From NCBI GenBank assembly GCA_963835045.1, contig CAWIDW010000005.1:63210-127209 (forward strand): a DNA stretch of 64,000 nt, given 5' to 3'. The notes under the pieces were generated by a model that saw nothing but the letters and a program-made list of their open reading frames with translations, made no database searches and was not told where the DNA came from. Numbering within the stretch: the first letter of the stretch is position 1; every line of letters starts with the position of its first letter. Positions 16,149 through 23,486 of the stretch are shown in pieces. The DNA comes from an uncultured bacterium (GTDB lineage: Bacteria > Patescibacteriota > Minisyncoccia > Minisyncoccales > Staskawiczbacteraceae). A program made the translations under genes and the position numbers.

Positions 16149-17129
16149 ATGAAAAAACCTTGGTTACTATTGTTGATTCTTTGCCTGGTTGCGGTTGCTT
16201 TTTTTTCTTGGTTTGAAATATATCTTCCGCCCTCGTTAACTCCCACACCGCCCATATCTTACATTGTAGCCAAGGGAGAAAATTACAAACAGATTTCGTT
16301 TGCTTTGGCTAACGCAGGCATTATTAAAAGCAGCGGTTTTTTTAATATCTACGTGTTGCTTTCCGGACAGGAAAGTAATATAAAAGCCGGCGGCTATCAA
16401 TTTTCTTCTTCCATGTCATCTGCTCAAATTCTAACAAAAATGGTGGATGGCGACGTGGTAAAAAATAATATTACCATTATTGAAGGTTGGGATTTGCGTG
16501 ACATTGCAAACTACGTAGCTTCTAAAAATTTGTATTCAAAAAAAACTTTTTTGGAAGCCGCCAACCAAAATTGGAGCCGACAATTTAATTTTTTGCAAGA
16601 CAAACCAAAAGCAGCCAGTTTGGAAGGCTATCTTTTCCCTGATACCTACCAAGTTGCGTTGGGTGACAGTCCCAATGTGTTAATCCAAGACAGCCTTGAA
16701 AATTTTGGCAACAAATTAACACCTTCATTGCGCGCCCAAATTACCGCGGAACATAAGTCCATTTTTCAAATTGTGATTATGGCCTCCATTTTGGAAAAAG
16801 AAGTCCAAACTCCCGCCGATAAAAAAATCGTGGCCGGAATTTTGTGGAAACGCCTGGCCGCCGGCATACCTTTGGATGTCGACTCCACGGTAAATTATGT
16901 TGACTCAAAAAACTTAACTGCCAAAATAAATTCACCCTACAATACCTATGCCTTCGCCGGCCTGCCACCCGGCCCCATTTGTAACCCAGGCCTTGATAGC
17001 ATCCAAGCCGCTATTTTCCCAACTAAAAGTCCCTATTGGTATTATTTGTCGGATCCGGCAACTCAAAAAACCATTTTCAGTAAAACATTAGAAGAGCAAA
17101 ACGCCGCTGTGGCGAAATATCTTCGATAG
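16149..17129 (+). CDS. mltG: Endolytic murein transglycosylase MltG (YceG family)
   Basis: N-terminal TM helix; EGYLFPDTY, ASILEKE and NTY..GLPPGPICNPG motifs. Confidence 0.85.
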   Translation: MKKPWLLLLILCLVAVAFFSWFEIYLPPSLTPTPPISYIVAKGENYKQISFALANAGIIKSSGFFNIYVLLSGQESNIKAGGYQFSSSMSSAQILTKMVDGDVVKNNITIIEGWDLRDIANYVASKNLYSKKTFLEAANQNWSRQFNFLQDKPKAASLEGYLFPDTYQVALGDSPNVLIQDSLENFGNKLTPSLRAQITAEHKSIFQIVIMASILEKEVQTPADKKIVAGILWKRLAAGIPLDVDSTVNYVDSKNLTAKINSPYNTYAFAGLPPGPICNPGLDSIQAAIFPTKSPYWYYLSDPATQKTIFSKTLEEQNAAVAKYLR

Positions 17130-17165
17130 TTTTGATTAAAAAAAAGATTCCTTGTGCTAGGTTAT

Positions 17166-17666
17166 TTATTTTTTAGTTAAAAAGCCGTACGCGTCTTTAG
17201 CCTCTTTAAATTTTATTTCAGCTTCTTTATCTCCAGGGTTTCTATCAGGGTGATACTGTCTGGCTTTTTTACGATATGCCTTTTTAATATCTTCCTGCGA
17301 AGCACTTTCTGACACATCCAAAATATCGTAGGGGCTATCTACTCTTCTCTCTGAATCTTCCACGGTTCTTTCCTTAGATTTTTGTTTTCTGCGGCTTCTT
17401 AAAAATTCTTGCCATTCCTCGTCTTCGGCAAATGATTTTGCAAATTCTTTTTCTGATTCTTTTTCCATCCATTCTGGAATATCTTTGCCTGTTGATTTTT
17501 CACTTTCTTGACGTACATGATTAGTATTCGTTTCCGATAATAATTCATCCATATATTCCGTGTCTATTCCGAGAGCGTTGTCTTGACAATAGGCGCGACA
17601 TCGATTATCATTAAGAAAATTTAAAAAAGAGCCGCAGACAGTGGGTAGCGAAGGCATAAATCCCAT
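17166..17666 (-). CDS. J-domain (DnaJ-like) protein
   Basis: C-terminal [36 protein letters not shown] with the HPD motif; start uncertain. Confidence 0.7.
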   Translation of the reverse strand: MGFMPSLPTVCGSFLNFLNDNRCRAYCQDNALGIDTEYMDELLSETNTNHVRQESEKSTGKDIPEWMEKESEKEFAKSFAEDEEWQEFLRSRRKQKSKERTVEDSERRVDSPYDILDVSESASQEDIKKAYRKKARQYHPDRNPGDKEAEIKFKEAKDAYGFLTKK

Positions 17667-17735
17667 CGAGGTTCATTAACAGGTTTTTCTGTTTTTGTAT
17701 GTGTCTGCAGGTCGCAGGCTTTTTATTTTAAAAAA

Positions 17736-17822
17736 GAAAATAGAAAATAGAAATATAGAAAATAGAATCGCGACGTCACGTTACGTATTCTATATTTCTA
17801 TTTTCTATATTTCTACTTTCTC
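17736..17822. repeat. Intergenic low-complexity imperfect palindrome, family B copy 1 (AAATAGAAA arms, CGACGTCACGTT core)
   Basis: Arms gaaaatagaaaatagaaatatagaaaatagaat / attctatatttctattttctatatttctactttctc; core cgcgacgtcacgttacgt. Confidence 0.85.
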
Positions 17823-17827
17823 ACGTT

Positions 17828-18331
17828 ATGGCATTAACTAAAGAGAAAAAACAGCATGCTTTGGCCGATATTAAAGCCAATATTGCCAAGCAAAAGTCGG
17901 TGATTTTTTTGGATTTTTCCAAAGTAAATTCCAAAGATTTGTTTGCTTTTCGCAAGCAATTAAAAGAGCAGGGTTGCAACCTCAAGGTGGGGAAAAAAAC
18001 GTTGATTCGAGTGGCTTTTGGACAATCGGGGATTTCGTTTTGGAACAAAATCAAAAGCGCCATTCCCGGACAATTAGCCTTGGTATTTGGCATGGAAGAC
18101 GAAGTAGCTCCGGCCAGAATTGCCAATCAATTTGCCAAAACCAACGAAAATTTTAAAATCTTGGGAGGCATTTTTGAGAAAAGATTCATTGACCGCGAGC
18201 GAGCCTTGGTATTGGCAAACTTACCAAGCCGAAACGAATTGTTGAGCCGATTGGTTGGTTCGCTATCCAGCTCCACGGCCAATTTTGTGCGAGTACTGGA
18301 TAAGATTAGAGAAAGCAAAGAAAAAAATTAA
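17828..18331 (+). CDS. rplJ: 50S ribosomal protein L10
   Basis: Typical L10 N-terminus and position upstream of rplL. Confidence 0.9.
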   Translation: MALTKEKKQHALADIKANIAKQKSVIFLDFSKVNSKDLFAFRKQLKEQGCNLKVGKKTLIRVAFGQSGISFWNKIKSAIPGQLALVFGMEDEVAPARIANQFAKTNENFKILGGIFEKRFIDRERALVLANLPSRNELLSRLVGSLSSSTANFVRVLDKIRESKEKN

Positions 18332-18335
18332 AACT

Positions 18336-18407
18336 CGTAACCCGTAACCAGGAACCCGTAACCGGTACATTAAAGTACGCGTTACTGGTTACCCGTTACC
18401 GGTTACC
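18336..18407. repeat. Intergenic imperfect palindrome, family C copy 1 (GTAACCGGTAAC arms)
   Basis: cgtaacccgtaaccaggaacccgtaaccggtac..gtacgcgttactggttacccgttaccggttaccc, between rplJ and rplL. Confidence 0.85.
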
Positions 18408-18414
18408 CAAGGTC

Positions 18415-18828
18415 ATGGCAGACGAAATTAAAACAGATGCTCCAAAAGTGGAGGTTCCGGCCAAATTTGAAAAAATGGTTTCGGAAGTTGAGAAAATGTC
18501 AATTGTTGAATTGGCGGAACTCGTAAAAGTGTTAGAAGCTAAGTTTGGCGTGTCAGCTGCCGCTCCGGTGATGATGGCCGCTGCTGGCGCTGCTCCCGAG
18601 GAAGCAAAAACTTCTTTCAATATTGAATTAAAAGAAGTGGGAGCCCAAAAAATTGAGGTTATTAAAGTGGTGCGCGATATCACCGCCAAAGGATTGAAAG
18701 AATCCAAAGATTTGGTTGATGCCGCTGCTACCGCTCCTCAAATGGTAAAGGAAGGTGTCAAGAAAGAAGAAGCTGACGAAATCGTCAAGAAATTTACCGC
18801 CGCTGGAGCCAAAGCAGAAATTAAATAG
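18415..18828 (+). CDS. rplL: 50S ribosomal protein L7/L12
   Basis: Ala-rich hinge and C-terminal [29 protein letters not shown].. Confidence 0.95.
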   Translation: MADEIKTDAPKVEVPAKFEKMVSEVEKMSIVELAELVKVLEAKFGVSAAAPVMMAAAGAAPEEAKTSFNIELKEVGAQKIEVIKVVRDITAKGLKESKDLVDAAATAPQMVKEGVKKEEADEIVKKFTAAGAKAEIK

Positions 18829-18840
18829 TCGCATTTTTAA

Positions 18841-18866
18841 AAACCGCTCTCAAAAGGGCGGTTTTT
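18841..18866 (+). terminator. Rho-independent terminator after rplL
   Basis: aaaccgc..gcggttt followed by T's. Confidence 0.6.
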
Positions 18867-18974
18867 AAGTGTATCCTTGGTTTGACAATCTTTAAAATAA
18901 GCGATATGATTTTGATGCACGGTTTAGTTGTGTGTCGTGGTGTTTTGGTGAATGTACCAGGAAGGGCGATTATC

Positions 18975-19838
18975 ATGTTGAGAGTTTGCAAGATTATTTT
19001 GGGGGTGGTTGTGTTGGGTCTGATATTGGCAGCTTTGTGGGAGGCAAAGCTTTCTGGCCAGACTCAAAAGCCGCCGTTAGTTTTACCTGAAGCATCCGAG
19101 TATCGGGCAACGGGCATGATAAAAAGTGCTCGATCTTTCACCCAAGTGGTGCCCAGCTCGGGCGAAAGTGGCGCTGATGGGCAAGTGGTGTCCTTTAAAA
19201 ATTTGGGAGACAGGGTTGCCAAGGGCCAAGAGGTGATTGAGTGCGAATACCTGAAGGGAAAGCAAATGGAGCTGGCGGCCGGACTCCAAAAAGCTAAGCT
19301 GCAAAAGGAGGTTGCCTGCCAACTCTTCCAAAAATGCAAAGAAGATAAGGAGCGTTACCAAGTGCTTTGGAAGACGGGTGCCATTTCTCAAGCAACCTGG
19401 AATACTGCGGTTTTTTCTTTTTTGAAAGCGGAGCTCGATTTTAAAGCCGCAGATCAGGATGTTATCATTGCTGACCAGCGTTCCAGTCCCTATAACTTTG
19501 CCGCGCAATTTGACAGTGAAGTTATTAGCGTGAGCGATCAGTTGCAAAAAGGTTTTATTATCGCCAAGTACGCCAAACCCATCGAATTGATGCGGCTGGC
19601 AAACTTGGATCAATTGGAGGTGACCGTTGAATTTCCTTATTTGTTGCAACACAGAATTGGTGGCTTTAGCGTTGTCTGTCATCGGGACAAAGCAAAAACA
19701 AGGCTCCCGGGTTGGCAAACCAGTCTCCAGGAAAGCAACGGCACTTTGTATCTGACGATTTGTTTTGACAACTCAAGGAGGACATGGAAGCCATTTGAGG
19801 CGGCGGAGGTTTTGGTAAGTCTGAAAAAAGACAAATGA
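18975..19838 (+). CDS. HlyD/membrane-fusion-protein-like periplasmic adaptor (orphan)
   Basis: N-terminal TM helix, lipoyl-like ..NLGDRVAKGQEVIE.., coiled-coil segment, beta-barrel-like C-terminus. GC-richer. Start chosen at ATG 18975. Confidence 0.5.
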   Translation: MLRVCKIILGVVVLGLILAALWEAKLSGQTQKPPLVLPEASEYRATGMIKSARSFTQVVPSSGESGADGQVVSFKNLGDRVAKGQEVIECEYLKGKQMELAAGLQKAKLQKEVACQLFQKCKEDKERYQVLWKTGAISQATWNTAVFSFLKAELDFKAADQDVIIADQRSSPYNFAAQFDSEVISVSDQLQKGFIIAKYAKPIELMRLANLDQLEVTVEFPYLLQHRIGGFSVVCHRDKAKTRLPGWQTSLQESNGTLYLTICFDNSRRTWKPFEAAEVLVSLKKDK

Positions 19839-19861
19839 TTTTTTGTGCAAAAGGAGCTTGT

Positions 19862-19957
19862 ATGTCGCGCGCAACATGGTGGTTTGGCATGGGTGTAATT
19901 GGACTGTCGGTATTTCCGCTCTTGATGGGTACGTTGTATCGCTTGTTTCGACCGTAG
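19862..19957 (+). CDS. 31-aa small membrane protein (not in ORF track)
   Basis: AAGGAG lies 5 nt upstream of the ATG; MSRATWWFGMGVIGLSVFPLLMGTLYRLFRP. Confidence 0.35.
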   Translation: MSRATWWFGMGVIGLSVFPLLMGTLYRLFRP

Positions 19958-19981
19958 GATTTGCCTTTTTTGGCAAGTTAG

Positions 19982-20007
19982 GGGCTGTCATTGGACAGCC
20001 CTTTTTT
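19982..20007 (+). terminator. Rho-independent terminator
   Basis: gggctgtc attg gacagccc followed by a T6 run. Confidence 0.7.
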
Positions 20008-20061
20008 GTTGTTTTTTCTTTAAAAAATGCTAGAATACAAAGGTGTGGAGAGCTCAATACT

Positions 20062-20460
20062 ATGCCTACCAATTACTACAAAATCTCCTGGACACAGCAC
20101 TCCCAAGCGAAGATGCGCCAGTACGGATTTTCAACTACCAAGCTCCTCAATGTCCTGCGCAAACCCGAGCGAACCGAACAGGGAATTGCACAAGGAACGC
20201 TGGCCGTGATGCAAACCAAAAAAGTATTTGGCAACAAAAAATTGGTCACCGATTCTGTAAAACCCTTCTATTCTGCCAGCATCAAAAAAGCTCCGGGCGA
20301 AATTTGGCTGATGTATAAAGACGATGCCAAAAAAGGCACTCGAACCATTATTAGCGCCTGGAGATATCCTGGAGTTTCAAAGCCCGGAGAACCGGTACCG
20401 ATTCCGGAAGAAATTCGCAAAGAGCTGCTGGGAGAATCTAATTTGAAATTTACAATTTGA
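20062..20460 (+). CDS. Hypothetical 132-aa protein
   Basis: ATG 20062 downstream of an extended -10 (tgctagaat). The upstream part of track ORF 19843.. spans a terminator and is rejected. The last 7 codons lie in a family-A repeat. Confidence 0.5.
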   Translation: MPTNYYKISWTQHSQAKMRQYGFSTTKLLNVLRKPERTEQGIAQGTLAVMQTKKVFGNKKLVTDSVKPFYSASIKKAPGEIWLMYKDDAKKGTRTIISAWRYPGVSKPGEPVPIPEEIRKELLGESNLKFTI

Positions 20461-20551
20461 AATTTGAAATGATTAAAATCGTCACATTTTCAAATTAACC
20501 TATTTACGTATTTCAAATTGATTTCAAATTGTAAATTTAAAATTTCAAATT
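20440..20551. repeat. Intergenic imperfect palindrome, family A copy 1 (AATTTGAAATTT arms)
   Basis: aatttgaaatttacaatttgaaatttgaaatgattaaaatcgtcacattttcaaatt...atttcaaattgtaaatttaaaatttcaaatt. Confidence 0.85.
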
Positions 20552-20557
20552 AAAATC

Positions 20558-20890
20558 ATGGATACAACTAATTTAAATCGAATAATCGGTTATATATTAT
20601 TGGCAGTGGGATTACTTTTAATAGCTACTCCACTGTATCAAACCTACAATATTTTTGTGGGCAAATCTTTGCCGGCGCAGGTGTTTCATGCGGCGCCAGT
20701 GGCCTCATCTGCTGCCCAAGCCAACAATCCGTTTGATATCCAGCAGCAAATGCAAAAAGCCCTAGTAGCCATTTTACCCATTGATTTAATTAATAACACG
20801 TTGAATTTGGGAAGCTGGGTTATTTTGCTTGGCATTTTAATGTACGGCGGGGGACAAATTGCCAACCTGGGAGTAAAATTGGTAAAATAA
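20558..20890 (+). CDS. Hypothetical membrane protein
   Basis: Two TM helices flanking a short hydrophilic loop. Confidence 0.5.
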   Translation: MDTTNLNRIIGYILLAVGLLLIATPLYQTYNIFVGKSLPAQVFHAAPVASSAAQANNPFDIQQQMQKALVAILPIDLINNTLNLGSWVILLGILMYGGGQIANLGVKLVK

Positions 20891-20914
20891 AATTGATGTA
20901 AATAGAGATGCGAT

Positions 20915-20990
20915 GGAATATCGCAAGCTCCGCAGAGCGAGCTTATATCCATGTTATATCATTCGCCAAAAGCGAATATATATCAACGTG
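20915..20990. repeat. Intergenic repeat, family H copy 1 (aatatcgc.agc..gcgag..atatc ... atatatatcaa)
   Basis: Shares its block structure with 51505-51572. Confidence 0.5.
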
Positions 20991-20993
20991 ATT

Positions 20994-21230
20994 ATGGAGG
21001 ATAAAAAACCAAAACTTATTGATCCGATTGTCAACAATCCCTTGGTTAAAAAGGGCAAATCTTTTTATAATCAAGTGATTCCGTTTGTATTGGGATTTGT
21101 GGGATTACTGGTAGTGATTTTAATTATTGGGCTTGGTGCTTTGCTTGCCGGCCGCCGATGGGATCCTTACTGGAATCCGTTTAAACCCCACCTGCACCAC
21201 TCCATCCAGTATCATAATTTTAAAAACTAA
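20994..21230 (+). CDS. Hypothetical 78-aa membrane protein
   Basis: ATG 20994; one TM helix (VIPFVLGFVGLLVVILIIGLGALLAG). Confidence 0.45.
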   Translation: MEDKKPKLIDPIVNNPLVKKGKSFYNQVIPFVLGFVGLLVVILIIGLGALLAGRRWDPYWNPFKPHLHHSIQYHNFKN

Positions 21231-21415
21231 TCGTTTACTTTAAAAAAACTGTCGCGCTAAAAAAGCGGGGCAGTTTTTTTGTTGGGCGTAAACGCATTGG
21301 AAAGTGGGAAATGGGGGATTTTTGGGATTTTCATTGAAGATGTTGTATTTAGCGTGGTAGTAACTGTGGATAACTGGCACTTTTTGAGCCTAAAATGAAC
21401 TCTTTGGTATCAGTG

Positions 21416-21445
21416 TTGACGCGCCATGAGAAATTAAGATATAAA
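21416..21445 (+). promoter_or_regulatory. Candidate dcw/mraZ promoter
   Basis: TTGACG (21416-21421), 17-18-nt spacer, ATATAA/TATAAA (21439-21445). Confidence 0.5.
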
Positions 21446-21454
21446 TATACATGG

Positions 21455-21479
21455 GTGGATAAAAGTGGATAAGAGTGGG
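21455..21479 (+). promoter_or_regulatory. Candidate MraZ operator: three GTGG[AG] boxes at exact 10-bp spacing
   Basis: gtgga taaaa gtgga taaga gtggg, starting at 21455, 21465 and 21475, just downstream of the -10. Confidence 0.55.
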
Positions 21480-21515
21480 AGAAAGCACGTTTTCTGTTGA
21501 TAACTTTAACTTAGA

Positions 21516-21622
21516 ATCTTGAATTTAGGAGCTAGGAGCTTGAATGGAATAGATGAATAGAGAATTTTGAATTCAATATTCTCAATTCTATTCTAACTTC
21601 CAGCTACTAGCTTCCAGATTCA
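21516..21622. repeat. Intergenic imperfect palindrome, family D copy 1
   Basis: ~107 bp. About 88% identical by eye to the reverse complement of 52035-52141. Confidence 0.85.
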
Positions 21623-21627
21623 TCGTT

Positions 21628-22059
21628 ATGTTAATTGGCCAATACAACCATACCATTGATATTAAAAAGCGCTTGGCGTTGCCGATTAAGTTTCGGGGAG
21701 AGCTGGGCGGCAAGGTAATTGTAACCAAGGGCGTGGAAAATTGTTTGGTGGTGTACACGGAAAAAGAATGGGAGGCGGTGTCTGGCAAGTTGGCTAACTT
21801 GCCGGTGTCGCAAACCGAAGCTCGCAGTTTTACCCGCCACTTATTGGCCAGCGCCACCGAAATTGAATTAGATAAACTGGGCAGAATATTAGTGCCTGAT
21901 TACTTGAAAGAATATGCTGACTTGAAAAAAAATGTGGTGGTTTGCGGATTATCCAATAGATTGGAAATTTGGGATCAAGAAAAATGGGCCAACTATTCCA
22001 AGGGAGCTGAAAAGGGAGTTGAAGAAATAGTTTCAAAATTGGGAAATTTAGGAATCTAG
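21628..22059 (+). CDS. mraZ: Transcriptional regulator MraZ
   Basis: MLIGQYNHTIDIKKRLALPIKFR.. and a second SpoVT-AbrB half; precedes rsmH. Confidence 0.9.
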   Translation: MLIGQYNHTIDIKKRLALPIKFRGELGGKVIVTKGVENCLVVYTEKEWEAVSGKLANLPVSQTEARSFTRHLLASATEIELDKLGRILVPDYLKEYADLKKNVVVCGLSNRLEIWDQEKWANYSKGAEKGVEEIVSKLGNLGI

Positions 22060-22077
22060 CTTTAAAAATTAGCAGCC

Positions 22078-22974
22078 ATGACCCATAAACCCGTATTGCC
22101 TCGTGAAGTGTTAGAATATTTGGATCCCAAGCCCGGAGAAAATTTTATTGACGGAACGCTGGGACAGGGTGGACACACCTTATTGATACTAGAAAAAACA
22201 AAACCTGATGGCAAGGTACTGGGAATTGATGCCGACAGTGAGCAGATAGCAAGCAGTAAAACCATATTAAAAAATGTTACAGATCGGGTGACGTTGGTGC
22301 ATGATTCGTATCGCAATATCAAACAGATTGTTGAGCAAAGCGGAATGGTGGCACATGGAATCTTGATAGATTTGGGATATTCTTCCTGGCATATTGATGA
22401 AGCCAACAAAGGATTTTCTTTTGCAAAGGATCAGGCATTGGATATGCGCTATGATGTCCGGGGTGAATTAACGGCAAAAAAAATCGTCAATGAATATTTG
22501 CAGCAAGAATTGGAAAAAATAATCAGCGAATACGGAGAAGAAAAATTTGCCCGGCAAATTGCTAAGAAAATCACTGAAGCCAGGAAAATAAAAAGCATTG
22601 AAAGCACCTTCCAGTTAAAAGAAATTATTCAGGAAGCGGTTGAGAGAAAATATAGGCAAAGTAATATTCATTGTGCGACACGAACCTTTCAAGCATTGCG
22701 TATCGCGGTAAATCACGAACTGGAGAATCTGACGGATTTTTTACCCGATGCTTTGGATGTCTTGCCAATTGGCGGCAGATTGGTGGTGATTTCTTTTCAT
22801 TCGCTGGAAGACCGAATTGTCAAACAATTTTTTAAACAAAAAGCCGATGAAGGCGTAATAAAACTGCTTACCAAAAAACCCGTCATGGCCAGTGATGAAG
22901 AAATAAAAGAAAATCCAAGAGCCAGGTCAGCAAAATTAAGAGCCATCGTAAAAAACGAGAAAATAGAAATATAG
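22078..22974 (+). CDS. rsmH: 16S rRNA (cytosine1402-N4)-methyltransferase RsmH
   Basis: HKPVL..E.L......DGT.G.GGH, DLG.SS.. and FHSLEDRIVK motifs. Confidence 0.9.
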   Translation: MTHKPVLPREVLEYLDPKPGENFIDGTLGQGGHTLLILEKTKPDGKVLGIDADSEQIASSKTILKNVTDRVTLVHDSYRNIKQIVEQSGMVAHGILIDLGYSSWHIDEANKGFSFAKDQALDMRYDVRGELTAKKIVNEYLQQELEKIISEYGEEKFARQIAKKITEARKIKSIESTFQLKEIIQEAVERKYRQSNIHCATRTFQALRIAVNHELENLTDFLPDALDVLPIGGRLVVISFHSLEDRIVKQFFKQKADEGVIKLLTKKPVMASDEEIKENPRARSAKLRAIVKNEKIEI

Positions 22975-23046
22975 AAAATAGAAATATAGAATACGCAACG
23001 TCGCTGTTCACATTCTATTTTCTATATTTCTACTTTCTACTTTCTC
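22957..23046. repeat. Intergenic imperfect palindrome, family B copy 2 (inverted relative to copy 1)
   Basis: Its left arm is the reverse complement of the copy 1 right arm, and vice versa. Overlaps the last 6 codons of rsmH. Confidence 0.85.
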
Positions 23047-23054
23047 AAGCTAAA

Positions 23055-23408
23055 ATGTCAACTGCAACACTTAGTCATCATTCGGTGCATCGGGGAAAGG
23101 GGATTGCCATGCCTTCGTTGGCAATACCCTGGAAGTTTATTTATTTTCTGGCAGCCATTTGTTCTGTTTTAATGCTAATTTTTTATATTTTTCAAGTCAA
23201 TCAATTGACCATGGAGTCTTACTTGATTAAAAATGATAACAGGCAGATGAGCATGTTAACCCAAGAAAATACCGACTTGCAGGCAAATTTTGCCCAAACC
23301 AGTTTCTTGGGCCAAGTCCAAAGCGAAGCGGCGTCGTTGGATTTTCAAAAAACCACCAACGTAGCCTATGTCCAATTATTGCAGCCTTCACTGGCAGAAG
23401 CAAAGTAG
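23055..23408 (+). CDS. FtsL-like cell-division membrane protein
   Basis: Single TM helix then a coiled-coil; lies between rsmH and ftsI. Confidence 0.5.
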   Translation: MSTATLSHHSVHRGKGIAMPSLAIPWKFIYFLAAICSVLMLIFYIFQVNQLTMESYLIKNDNRQMSMLTQENTDLQANFAQTSFLGQVQSEAASLDFQKTTNVAYVQLLQPSLAEAK

Positions 23409-23409
23409 A

Positions 23410-23481
23410 CGTTAGATTTTGGATGTTAGATATTGCAAAAAGGAAAGCTGTGCTAACATTTAAAATCTAATATCTAACATC
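23410..23481. repeat. Intergenic imperfect palindrome, family F (TTAGATATT-type arms)
   Basis: ttagatttt / aaaatctaa and gatgttagatatt / aatatctaacatc complementary blocks. Confidence 0.8.
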
Positions 23482-23486
23482 AAAAG

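Noticed and set aside
17736-23046. Whether the tandem short-motif arrays (aaatagaaa.., aatttgaaattt.., gtaaccggtaac..) are CRISPR arrays
   Set aside because: There is no repeat-spacer periodicity. Units are 7-12 nt with no unique spacers, each locus is under 150 bp and palindromic, and no cas genes are present.
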